In this document: positions 47,483 to 56,353 of the stretch, in pieces
Position numbering within the stretch: the first letter of the stretch is position 1
Layout: every line of letters begins with the position of its first letter
Assembly (NCBI GenBank): GCA_045644665.1
Contig: JAZRHH010000045.1
Location: forward strand, 22,003 to 86,002
DNA length: 64,000 nt
Reading direction: 5' to 3'
From: Clostridia bacterium
GTDB lineage: Bacteria; Bacillota; Clostridia; UBA1381
Position numbers and translations under genes: made by a program
Notes under the pieces: model-generated
What the model was told of the DNA's origin: nothing
Database searches by the model: none
Seen by the model: the letters and a program-made list of their open reading frames with translations, nothing else

Positions 47483-48790
47483 TCAGTCACCCCACTCCTG
47501 TTTCTTCTTCATTTCGTAACTGCCGTCAAGCTCCAGCATTTCTTTTGCAAGTTCGTTTATTTTTGCCTTAAGGTTAAATATACAGTCGTTTTCCGAAGCA
47601 TATCCCCTTACTATATCCTCCGCCAGATCTTTGCAGCCCGGGGAGCCGCATGATCCGCAATCAAGCTTTGGAAGAGTTTCATAAATTTCTTCTATTTTTA
47701 CTGCCTTTGCCATAGCCTTTGAAATGTCTTCATCAAGGTTCATGACAGGCTTGTAAACAGGGGTTTTGTCACTGTAAACAATATCATCTTTTTTAATATT
47801 TTTAATTTCTTCCATTTCCTTGCAAATTCTCTCAAGTCTTGCTTTTGCAACAAATGGATTTTCCACATTAAGAGGACCGCCAACACATCCGCCTGTACAT
47901 GAAAGTGCCTCTACGTACTCAATATCCCTAAGTTTGTCGTCCTCTATTGCTTCCAAAACCTCTACTACATTATGTATTCCGTCTACACAAACATATTTTT
48001 CCGAGCCGGAAGCACCTGCTTCTCCTCCGGACAATGCCCACATTATTCCTTTTTTCCCGCTCTTGCTTAAATCTTCTATTTCATCATCAGATATCTTTTT
48101 AATTACCTGGGACATTTTGCTGTATAAATCATGCACGGAAATAACTCCGTCAACAGCAGATTTGTTTATGTTTACGGGATTTTTTATAGCCGTTGCCTTT
48201 GCCGCACAAGGTGATATAAAAAATACACCTATGTCTTTTATATCATATCCTGTTTTTTCAGCCGCTTCCTTTTTTGCAAGGTTTGCCGATACCTCCATTG
48301 GTGAGCGAAGTGGCACAATATTTTCTATAAGGTTTGGAAAACGAAGAAGTATAAGTCTTACAACTGCCGGACATGCAGATGATATAAGAGGTTTTATATT
48401 TCCCTCTCTTTTTAATATTTCTTTTGTTTTTTCTGTTACAATTTCTGCTCCTCTTGCTACCTCATAGCAATCATCAAATCCAACTTTTTTTATGGCTGTT
48501 AATATTACATTTATATTTTCTTCTATAAAAAACTGTGAAAAAAAAGCAGGAGCAACAAGAGCAATTTTGTACTTATAATTTGAAAGCTCACCAAAACCGT
48601 CCGTTACCGCTTTTTTTGCATGGTACGGACATACTCTTATACACTCTCCGCAGTCTATACATCTTTCTTTTAAAATTTTTGCTTTTCCGTTTTGTATTCT
48701 AATTGCCTTTGTGGGACAATGCTTAAGACAGTTTGTACATCCCTTACAGGAATCTCTGTCAAGAGTTACCGAATGCCAATACTTATCCAT
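47483..48790 (-). CDS. [FeFe]-hydrogenase-like putative sensory protein (HydS-like, no PAS domain visible)
   Basis: 435 aa. N-terminal 2x[4Fe-4S] (CKGCTNC..C, CIDCGEC..C). Degenerate H-cluster motifs SSACPAV, ISPCAAK and LSCTGGCVGGP. C-terminal 4-Cys motif CGSCGSPGC...C. Confidence 0.8.
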   Translation of the reverse strand: MDKYWHSVTLDRDSCKGCTNCLKHCPTKAIRIQNGKAKILKERCIDCGECIRVCPYHAKKAVTDGFGELSNYKYKIALVAPAFFSQFFIEENINVILTAIKKVGFDDCYEVARGAEIVTEKTKEILKREGNIKPLISSACPAVVRLILLRFPNLIENIVPLRSPMEVSANLAKKEAAEKTGYDIKDIGVFFISPCAAKATAIKNPVNINKSAVDGVISVHDLYSKMSQVIKKISDDEIEDLSKSGKKGIMWALSGGEAGASGSEKYVCVDGIHNVVEVLEAIEDDKLRDIEYVEALSCTGGCVGGPLNVENPFVAKARLERICKEMEEIKNIKKDDIVYSDKTPVYKPVMNLDEDISKAMAKAVKIEEIYETLPKLDCGSCGSPGCKDLAEDIVRGYASENDCIFNLKAKINELAKEMLELDGSYEMKKKQEWGD

Positions 48791-48807
48791 ATAAAACGCA
48801 CCAGCCT

Positions 48808-49230
48808 TTATTTAACATTTACTATAATTTCCAGTGTAGTGCCTTTCCCCACCGTTGTGGTTATGTTTAGTTCATCAGAATATTTTTTTATGTTTGGGAG
48901 TCCCATACCTGCTCCAAACCCAAGCTCTCTCACGCTGTGGTCAGCAGTTGAAAATCCCTCTTTCATAGCCTTTTCAATGTCCGGTATTCCGGGCCCGTTG
49001 TCGCAAAGTCTTACAACAATTTTTTCAGGGGATATTTCTCCCTCTATGTAACCGCCGTTTGCGTGAATTACCATATTAATTTCCGCTTCGTACATTGCAA
49101 TTGCAACTTTTCTTATAACCTCAGGATTAAATCCAAGAGTTTTCAGGGTCTTTTTTACCTTACTTGAATTTTCACCTGCCACAGAAAAATCCCCGCACTT
49201 AACATCGTACCTGAATTTTATATTTTCCAT
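48808..49230 (-). CDS. SpoIIAB/RsbW-like GHKL serine kinase (annotated as an anti-sigma regulatory factor type)
   Basis: 140 aa. N-box EAEINMVIHA, G1 DNGPGI, G2 GFGAGMGL. Confidence 0.75.
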   Translation of the reverse strand: MENIKFRYDVKCGDFSVAGENSSKVKKTLKTLGFNPEVIRKVAIAMYEAEINMVIHANGGYIEGEISPEKIVVRLCDNGPGIPDIEKAMKEGFSTADHSVRELGFGAGMGLPNIKKYSDELNITTTVGKGTTLEIIVNVK

Positions 49231-49244
49231 ATACGGGCCTCCAG

Positions 49245-49586
49245 TTAATTATTTCCAAGACCTGCACTATAAAGCTTTCCTGATGCAATATATAATGGAT
49301 AATCTGTTGCCATAACAACAATATCCTTCATTTTTGCCATTCCAACCATTGCATCATCAGGCTTTTTACCTCTTACAAAAACAATTGTTTCAATATCCAT
49401 CATTTCCGCTGTTCTGATAACTTGTGGATTTATAAGACCTGTAAGAAGTATAACATTACTTTTAACAAACGCAAGCACGTCACTCATAAGATCGCATCCA
49501 AATGCGGAATCTGCTTCCTTATCCAAAAATTCTTCGCCTGTTAAAACCTCTGCCTTTAGTATTTCTTTTACTTCGGAAAGCTTCAT
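49245..49586 (-). CDS. DRTGG-domain protein
   Basis: 113 aa from Met17 (the ATG at 49586 clears the upstream stop at 49606). VILLTGL ... IVFVRG pattern. Confidence 0.6.
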   Translation of the reverse strand: MKLSEVKEILKAEVLTGEEFLDKEADSAFGCDLMSDVLAFVKSNVILLTGLINPQVIRTAEMMDIETIVFVRGKKPDDAMVGMAKMKDIVVMATDYPLYIASGKLYSAGLGNN

Positions 49587-49605
49587 TTTAAATTTTCCTT
49601 TCTTA

Positions 49606-50205
49606 TCATACATACATATTATATTTTTTCTCATATTCTACAGATGTACTTTTTCCATGTCCGGGATATATATTAATATTTTCAGGAAGAGTATATATTT
49701 TTTCTCTTATAGAACTTACAAGTGTATCACCGTCACCTGTTGGAAGATCCCATCTTCCTACATTCTGATAAAATATTGTATCACCTGAAAATAAATTTTC
49801 ACCTGCCAGGAAAACAGTACTGCAGGAAGTATGTCCCGGAGTTTTTATAATTTTTATTTTATTTCCGTAAAAATCAAAATCTTCATCCAGTATTATATCT
49901 GCATCAACTATGAGCTTTTTTCCAAGTCCCATCAAGGTCAGACTAACATTTGGATTTTTAACATTCTCTTCACATTCTTTTGTACAGCATACCTTTGCAT
50001 TATACTTTTCTTTTAATTCATTTGCACATGTTATGTGATCATAATGACAGTGTGTAAGAAAAATATACTCAATATCAATACCCTCTGCAAATTTTTCTGT
50101 CTTTTCAAAGCTGCTTCCCGGGTCAATTACTATTGCCTTATTATTTTCAATAAGAAAATATGTGTTTTCGTCTGAATATAAATCATTTAAAATTTTAATT
50201 TCCAT
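49606..50205 (-). CDS. MBL-fold metallo-hydrolase
   Basis: 199 aa. THCHYDH zinc motif. The start codon abuts the dnaN stop. Confidence 0.85.
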   Translation of the reverse strand: MEIKILNDLYSDENTYFLIENNKAIVIDPGSSFEKTEKFAEGIDIEYIFLTHCHYDHITCANELKEKYNAKVCCTKECEENVKNPNVSLTLMGLGKKLIVDADIILDEDFDFYGNKIKIIKTPGHTSCSTVFLAGENLFSGDTIFYQNVGRWDLPTGDGDTLVSSIREKIYTLPENINIYPGHGKSTSVEYEKKYNMYV

Positions 50206-50206
50206 A

Positions 50207-51343
50207 TTAATTATATAGCCTTACAGGTAAAATCATAAATACATAATTTTTATTATTTTCATCAAGTGACCTCATAAAGCATCCGCTTGTAGGTGTTGAA
50301 AATTCTATCATTATGTCCTCTTCCTCGCAGGCAGAAATTGCTTCTATCAAAAATCTGCAATTAAAGCCTATAAGAAGCTCGCCGCCGTTAACATTAGCCT
50401 TAACCTCGTCTGTTACCTTTCCCTTTGGTGTCATACATGAAATATCAATTTTGTCAAATCCAACAGAAAGGCGAACAGGAAGCCTTTTATCAGGTGTTGC
50501 CTCATCATCATTTATAATAAGGATTGCTCTCTCCAGCGCTTCCTTAAATTCCTTTGCATTAACCCTTGCCTCAATCGTATTATTTGCAGCAATAATCGGT
50601 TCATACTTTAAGAAATCACCCTCAAGTACTCTTGTATATACCTTGTACTCACCAAAATCAAAAAGAACGTGTCTTTCTGCAATAATCACTTTAACATTCT
50701 TTTCTTCATCATTTAAAATTTTAAGTAATTCTCTAAGTGTTGAACCGGGAATTATAAATCTTACATGGTCAAAGCTTTCGTTTATTGTTTCATTAACAAC
50801 TGCAAGTCTGTGACCGTCACTTGCAACAACTGTTAAATTGTTTCCTTTTATTTCAAAAAGTGCTCCTGTAAGAGTAGGTCTTTTTCCCTCTGTTACAGCA
50901 ATAAATGAAATTACCTTTTTAATTATATTCTTTAATGAAGAAACACCAATTTCAAAGGAATATTTTTCTGCAATTGCAGGAGGAGCCGGATATTCGTTTG
51001 CAATAAGTCCCTGAATATTAAACTCACTTATACCGCTTTTTATTTTTGTAACATTGTTTTCTTCATTTACTTTAACAGAAATATTTCCGTCAGGAAGCTT
51101 TCTTACAATATCACCAAACATACGGGATGCAAGTGCAATGCTTCCTCCCTCTGTTACATTCAAATCCTCAGCTGTATATTCTATGCAAAGCTCACCATCA
51201 TTTCCTGTAAATACGGCTTTTCCTCTTGCATCACAATCAATTTTAATACATTCCATAATAGGCAATGTGTTTTTTGTGCTGATTGCTCTTTGAACTATAT
51301 TTAATATTTCGTTAATTTTGTTTTTAGTACAGATAATTTCCAT
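50207..51343 (-). CDS. dnaN: DNA polymerase III beta sliding clamp
   Basis: 378 aa with three-domain clamp length and position directly downstream of dnaA. N-terminus KNKINEILNIVQRAISTKNTLPI. Confidence 0.92.
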   Translation of the reverse strand: MEIICTKNKINEILNIVQRAISTKNTLPIMECIKIDCDARGKAVFTGNDGELCIEYTAEDLNVTEGGSIALASRMFGDIVRKLPDGNISVKVNEENNVTKIKSGISEFNIQGLIANEYPAPPAIAEKYSFEIGVSSLKNIIKKVISFIAVTEGKRPTLTGALFEIKGNNLTVVASDGHRLAVVNETINESFDHVRFIIPGSTLRELLKILNDEEKNVKVIIAERHVLFDFGEYKVYTRVLEGDFLKYEPIIAANNTIEARVNAKEFKEALERAILIINDDEATPDKRLPVRLSVGFDKIDISCMTPKGKVTDEVKANVNGGELLIGFNCRFLIEAISACEEEDIMIEFSTPTSGCFMRSLDENNKNYVFMILPVRLYN

Positions 51344-51607
51344 TTATTTTTTCCTTTCCTTCTACTGCTTTTTTATTCTTTCATTCAATCATTTAAAAGA
51401 AAGATAGAAAGAATGAATTATATAGTAGTAGTAATAGTAGTCTTGAGGATTTAGTGGAAAACAACACTTGGTACAAGCTATAAAGCATTTTTTTATAAAC
51501 ACTCTCCATTGTACAAGCAGTGAATTCGATGTTTACAAAATGTGGATAAAAATTTCCACTCTTTTCTTCAACGGTGTATACATCAAAATTTTATCTTTTT
51601 CCACACC
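51344..51607. other. oriC: oriC unwinding module in the dnaA-dnaN spacer (DnaA boxes, DnaA-trios, AT-rich tract)
   Basis: Perfect TGTGGATAA at 51541-51549, TTTTCCACA at 51597-51605, AGTGGAAAA at 51453-51461, the trio run at 51423-51440 and an AT-rich stretch at 51361-51420 next to dnaN. Confidence 0.75.
51423..51440 (-). repeat. DnaA-trio-like element (six consecutive trinucleotides)
   Basis: The plus strand reads TAG TAG TAG TAA TAG TAG, so read 3'-to-5' this strand gives GAT GAT AAT GAT GAT GAT, matching the 3'-[G/A]AT-5' trio rule. The dnaA coding strand reads CTA CTA TTA CTA CTA CTA in the dnaA-to-dnaN direction. The run lies 12 nt from a DnaA-box-like 9-mer. Confidence 0.7.
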
Positions 51608-52939
51608 TTATCCCTTAACTTCCCTTATAATAGTTTCTACATCACTTGCAAGTATACTGTCTGTTTTTATGTCATCTTTTATTTTCTGAACATTATGCAT
51701 AACAGTTGTTCTGTCACGGTTACCGAAATTACGGGCAATTGCACCGTAGTTAAGTTCTGTAAGAACATTACAAATATACATTGCTACCTGACGGGGAAGG
51801 GTAAGGTTTTTAGTTTTGCTTTTACCTGTAATTTCTTCCTTTGTAATATCGTAGTAAGAACAAACTCTTTCAATAATTTTTTCTACACCTATTTTACTGT
51901 TTGGCATAGATTTTAAACATTCTTCTGCAAATATAAGGTCAATTCTTTTATTTTTTATTTGTGAATATGATATTACTTTCAAAAGAGCACCTTCAAGCTC
52001 ACGGACATTTGACTGAACACAGGAAGCTATGTATTCTATTGCATCTTCATCAATATACACGCCTCTTGAATCTGCCTTGTTTTTTAAAATTGCAATTCTT
52101 GTTTCAAGTGATGGTGCAGTAATATCAATTACAAGGTTACTCTTAAACCGTGTCCTTAGTCTATCCTCAAGAGTTACAAGCTTGTCAGGGTGCTTATCAC
52201 CTGTAAATACCATTTGCTTGTTCATTGAATGAAGTTCATTAAATGTATGGAACAGCTCTTCCTGAGTAGATTCCTTATTTTCCAAAAACTGTACATCGTC
52301 AAGTAAAAGTACATCTGCATTTCTGTAAATATCACGGAAATTTTTTGGTGTTTTATTTCTTACGTTATCAATAAAGTCGTTCATAAACTTTTCACTTGTA
52401 ACATAAATAACCTTTTTACTGGGAAAGTTCTTTTTTATACTGTTTCCTATTGCATGCATAAGATGTGTTTTACCAAGACCGGACGCCCCGTAAAGATACA
52501 GAGGGTTATATACAATTCCCGGATTTTCTGCTGCCCTAATTGCAGCAGCCGTTGCATATTCGTTAGATGCACCTATTATAAAGTTTTCAAATGTATATTT
52601 AGGATTAATATCGTAAGAATTTCTGAGCTGTGGTATATCCTGTATAGCAGGAGCCGGAGTTGGGGTAGGATTAGAAGTGTATCCTGTTGGGTTTTGATTT
52701 ACAACAATATTAAGTTCAGCTTCTTGTCCGATAATATTTGAAAGAATTGTTTCTATCTGGTTTTTATATCTGTTGTCTATCATTGTTTTGTTAATGCTCA
52801 TAGAAACAGAAACTGTTAAAACCCTGCCGTCAAAGCTTACAGGTACAGCGTCTTTTAAATACAAATTATATGCTACTTCTGAGCTTATTGTTTGCTTCAG
52901 ATTTTTAATACTGTTCTCCCATAAAAGTTCGATATTCAT
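51608..52939 (-). CDS. dnaA: Chromosomal replication initiator DnaA
   Basis: AAA+ Walker A GASGLGKTHL and the domain IV signature. Start placed at MNIELLWEN behind AGGAGG; the track ORF extends 13 codons further. Confidence 0.96.
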   Translation of the reverse strand: MNIELLWENSIKNLKQTISSEVAYNLYLKDAVPVSFDGRVLTVSVSMSINKTMIDNRYKNQIETILSNIIGQEAELNIVVNQNPTGYTSNPTPTPAPAIQDIPQLRNSYDINPKYTFENFIIGASNEYATAAAIRAAENPGIVYNPLYLYGASGLGKTHLMHAIGNSIKKNFPSKKVIYVTSEKFMNDFIDNVRNKTPKNFRDIYRNADVLLLDDVQFLENKESTQEELFHTFNELHSMNKQMVFTGDKHPDKLVTLEDRLRTRFKSNLVIDITAPSLETRIAILKNKADSRGVYIDEDAIEYIASCVQSNVRELEGALLKVISYSQIKNKRIDLIFAEECLKSMPNSKIGVEKIIERVCSYYDITKEEITGKSKTKNLTLPRQVAMYICNVLTELNYGAIARNFGNRDRTTVMHNVQKIKDDIKTDSILASDVETIIREVKG

Positions 52940-53114
52940 CCTCATCCTCCTTTCGTAAGTTTCCATATATGAAAACAAAGATAATATTCCAATATAATAG
53001 TAACAGATTTTAAATAAATAATCAAGGTTTTTTAAAAAATATTTTAATATATGTTGAAAACAAATGTAAAATCATGTATAATAAAATTACAAAAACATAC
53101 AAGAGGTTAGGAAC

Positions 53115-54089
53115 ATGATAACTCTATCAAAAATTGCAAAACTTGCACACGTATCAGTATCAACAGTTTCAAAAGCTTTTTCAATGAGCAGGGAAGTTAA
53201 TCAGGAAACAAGAGAGCTGATATTTAAAATTGCAAAAGAAAACAACTGCTTCAAAAAATATTATAATGCCAAATATCCAAAAATTGTAATAGCAGTTATC
53301 AGTCCCGAATTTGACAGCAGTTATTATGCAAAATGGCTTTCGGAAATTCAAAAATATGCAGGAAAATATAACTGGGAAATAACCGTTGCCACAACAAATT
53401 TTGATGTTGAAACAGAAGAAAAAATAATAGAATACTACACAAACTACACAGAGGTAGACGGAATTATAATAATAAATAAGGTAAGTAAATTAAAAGAAGA
53501 ATCAGAAATACCTATAATATCTATAGGTAAAAGGAGTATTGATAAAGAGAATATGATAATCAGGTTTGATTATAAATCAGCCTATGATAAATTATTTGAA
53601 ATTTTTAAAGAAAGAAAAATAAAAAAAGTTGGATTTATAGGGGATACCCACACAAATTCAAAATTCAATTTCGTTAAAGAACTTATAAAAGAAAATGGTC
53701 TTGAATATGATGATGATTTAAACGGAAATGTAGAAAAGCGTTTTGAAATTGGTGGATACGAGGGAATGGAAAAAATACTTTCTTCCGGAAAAATTCCCGA
53801 TGCTGTAATCTGTGCATATGACAGTATGGCACTTGGAGCAATAAGATGCCTTAGAGATAAGAATATAAAAGTTCCGGAGGATGTTTCAATAATCGGTATG
53901 GACAATATAGAATCAGGAAAGTATACTGTTCCAAGCCTTTCTTCTATAGGATTCGATATTGAGTTTGCGTCAAAAACCGCTGTTGATAATCTGATGAATA
54001 TCCTAAATGGTAAACCATATATAAAGGAAGCAGTTATAAAATCAGAATTACATATAAGAGAATCAATTATAAAAAAGGATGAGAATTAA
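53115..54089 (+). CDS. LacI-family transcriptional regulator
   Basis: N-terminal HTH ITLSKIAKLAHVSVSTVSKAF plus a periplasmic-binding-protein-like core. Confidence 0.88.
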   Translation: MITLSKIAKLAHVSVSTVSKAFSMSREVNQETRELIFKIAKENNCFKKYYNAKYPKIVIAVISPEFDSSYYAKWLSEIQKYAGKYNWEITVATTNFDVETEEKIIEYYTNYTEVDGIIIINKVSKLKEESEIPIISIGKRSIDKENMIIRFDYKSAYDKLFEIFKERKIKKVGFIGDTHTNSKFNFVKELIKENGLEYDDDLNGNVEKRFEIGGYEGMEKILSSGKIPDAVICAYDSMALGAIRCLRDKNIKVPEDVSIIGMDNIESGKYTVPSLSSIGFDIEFASKTAVDNLMNILNGKPYIKEAVIKSELHIRESIIKKDEN

Positions 54090-54103
54090 TCTCATCCTTT
54101 TTA
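54074..54103. terminator. Bidirectional intrinsic terminator
   Basis: AAAGGATGAGA-ATTAA-TCTCATCCTTT. Confidence 0.8.
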
Positions 54104-55744
54104 TTAGTTAAGTTCTTCTGCTTTGATAAGTGCTTCATCAATATTAGCAAGAAAATTATCTTTTCCAACTGCCTCTGTAAATCCTGCTTTTTCCATTACC
54201 TGCATTGGCTGCTCATTTGCATGGGAAAGAAGAAGAGTTATTTCTTGTTCCTTGCAAACTTCGTATATTGCCCACATTGCACGCATAGCAGATGCGTCTA
54301 AAGCGGGGATATTTCGCATACGTATTATCATAACCTTTATGCCGCTTTTAATTGGAATAGATGCTACCTTGTCCGAGGTTGCAAAAAACATCGGTCCGTC
54401 AATTTCAAATACCGCAGTACGCTTTGGAATTTTCTTAAGTCTTCCTGCATCTTCCTCTGTCATTTCGTCAGCTGCTGTCCAGGTTCTTATTCTTGTAACA
54501 TCAGACATACGCTTCATAAATAATATAGTAGCTGCAAGCATACCAATCTCAATTGCAACAACAAGGTCAAAAGCAACAGTTAAAACAAATGTAAGAACAA
54601 GTACTATAATATCACTCTTTGGAGCAGTTTTACAAATTTCCACAAACTGACGCCACTCGCACATATTATATGCTACCATAAACAACACCGCCGCAATAAC
54701 GGGCATTGGTATCCATGCAGCATATGGCATAAGCACAACAAGTATTAGTAAAAGTACAATTGCGTGGACAATACCCGCAACCGGTGTGCGTCCGCCGTTT
54801 TTAACATTTGCAGCTGTTCTTGCAATAGCTCCCGTTGCGGGAATTCCGCCAAATAAACCGGAGCATATGTTACCCACACCCTGAGCAATAAGCTCTGTGT
54901 TTGAATTATGACGGTCGCCTGTCATGGAGTCTGATACAACACATGACAGAAGTGATTCAATTCCGGCTAAGAGTGCAATTGTAAAAGCGCTTGGTATAAG
55001 CTCTTTAATCAAACCTAAAGATATTTCAGGCATCTGAAATGTTGGAGCAGAAGCAGAGATAGTGTATAAATCACCAATTGTGTTTACCGGCATATCAAAT
55101 ACCTTTACAACAACAACACCCACAACAACAGCTATAAGTGAGCCGGGGATTTTCTTATTAATCTTAGGCCATATAATTAAAATTCCGAGGGATAAAAGAC
55201 CAACAAGGAGTGCCATAGGGTTTAAGGTTCCAATTGATTTTATAACTTCGTGTGCCTTTTCCATTGTTTCAACAGGTGCAGCTCCGTGTGGGAAAGTAAG
55301 TCCCAAAAAGTCCTTTATCTGACCTATCAAAATTGTAAGAGCAATACCTGATGTAAAGCCTGTACTAATTGTATAAGGTATGTACTTGATTAAAGAGCCC
55401 AGCTTTAATAGTCCCATTATAATAAGGATAATACCTGCCATAATTGTTGCAATAACAAGTCCGCTGGTTCCGTAAACTGCCACAATCCCTGCAACAATTG
55501 TTGCAAATGCAGCTGTAGGACCTGAAATATTAACAGAGCTTCCTCCAAGGAGCGATATAACAAATCCTGCAACAATAGCAGTATAAAGTCCCTTTTCCGG
55601 TGAAACTCCGGAAGCTATTGCAAGGGCAATAGAAAGTGGCAGAGCAATAATTGCTACAATTATACCTGCTACAATATCATTTATAATTTGTTTTTTACCG
55701 TGCTCCCTTACGGCTTTAAAAATTCTTGGCTCAAATATGTTCAT
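54104..55744 (-). CDS. SulP-family anion transporter with C-terminal STAS domain
   Basis: 546 aa. A polytopic core and then a soluble STAS-like tail (FEIDGPMFFATSDK). Confidence 0.88.
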   Translation of the reverse strand: MNIFEPRIFKAVREHGKKQIINDIVAGIIVAIIALPLSIALAIASGVSPEKGLYTAIVAGFVISLLGGSSVNISGPTAAFATIVAGIVAVYGTSGLVIATIMAGIILIIMGLLKLGSLIKYIPYTISTGFTSGIALTILIGQIKDFLGLTFPHGAAPVETMEKAHEVIKSIGTLNPMALLVGLLSLGILIIWPKINKKIPGSLIAVVVGVVVVKVFDMPVNTIGDLYTISASAPTFQMPEISLGLIKELIPSAFTIALLAGIESLLSCVVSDSMTGDRHNSNTELIAQGVGNICSGLFGGIPATGAIARTAANVKNGGRTPVAGIVHAIVLLLILVVLMPYAAWIPMPVIAAVLFMVAYNMCEWRQFVEICKTAPKSDIIVLVLTFVLTVAFDLVVAIEIGMLAATILFMKRMSDVTRIRTWTAADEMTEEDAGRLKKIPKRTAVFEIDGPMFFATSDKVASIPIKSGIKVMIIRMRNIPALDASAMRAMWAIYEVCKEQEITLLLSHANEQPMQVMEKAGFTEAVGKDNFLANIDEALIKAEELN

Positions 55745-55868
55745 AACTCTTTAGCGAAAAAGTATTCGCCTACGCCTCCTCTTAAGTGTTTTTGCTATTT
55801 GATTATACCGCTAAAGCATACATAAATCAACAAATAAAAAATTTTTTTAATTTTTTTACAAAAAAGTA

Positions 55869-55896
55869 TTGACAAAAGAAAATTTTATGTTATAAT
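55869..55896 (+). promoter_or_regulatory. Sigma-A promoter of the fur-rubrerythrin-ferritin operon
   Basis: TTGACA (55869-55874), 16-nt spacer, TATAAT (55891-55896). Confidence 0.6.
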
Positions 55897-55905
55897 TGTA
55901 TTAAC

Positions 55906-55924
55906 GATAATGATAATCATTATC
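55906..55924. promoter_or_regulatory. Perfect Fur box
   Basis: GATAATGATAATCATTATC matches the classical 19-bp Fur consensus at 19 of 19 positions. It contains the 7-1-7 core TGATAATCATTATCA (55911-55925) and lies immediately downstream of the -10. Confidence 0.8.
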
Positions 55925-55948
55925 AGTTTTAAAAAAGAGGACACGAGT

Positions 55949-56329
55949 ATGGCTATAAAACATTCAAAGCAACGAGATGCCCTGGTTGAGATTTTACGCT
56001 CTACCACATGCCATCCCACTGCCGACTGGCTGTACGATAAACTTCGTGAGCAGTTTCCAAAGATTAGTCTTGCAACTGTTTATAGAAATTTAAAGCAGCT
56101 TGAAGAAACAGGAGAAATTATCTCTATTAAAGGCGGAACGGACTCGGAGCATTATGACGGTGCAACCCATTGTCACTACCATTTTATATGTGAGGAATGC
56201 GGAAGTGTCAAGGACATGGAAGTGCAGCCGGTAACAGATTTGGTTGACAAATGCAGGGAAGAAATAAATTTTGAAATCAGCGGCTATTCTTTGTTGTTCT
56301 ATGGAAAATGCGAAAAATGTAAAAAGTAA
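55949..56329 (+). CDS. Fur-family metalloregulator (Fur or PerR; not distinguishable here)
   Basis: 126 aa from the ATG at 55949. DNA-binding helix SLATVYRNL. HxH and two CxxC motifs (HCHYHFICEECG ... CEKC). Confidence 0.85.
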   Translation: MAIKHSKQRDALVEILRSTTCHPTADWLYDKLREQFPKISLATVYRNLKQLEETGEIISIKGGTDSEHYDGATHCHYHFICEECGSVKDMEVQPVTDLVDKCREEINFEISGYSLLFYGKCEKCKK

Positions 56330-56353
56330 TTAAAAAAGTGGAGGTATTTAATT

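Noticed and set aside
47820-48467. 215-aa plus-strand ORF.
   Set aside because: It is antisense to the HydS-like gene, whose Fe-S and H-cluster motifs validate the minus-strand frame.
51423-51440. Considered a simple TAG microsatellite.
   Set aside because: Its position (12 nt from a DnaA-box-like 9-mer, adjacent to the AT-rich tract and dnaN) and the single TAA variant fit the DnaA-trio rule better than slippage-type repeat noise.
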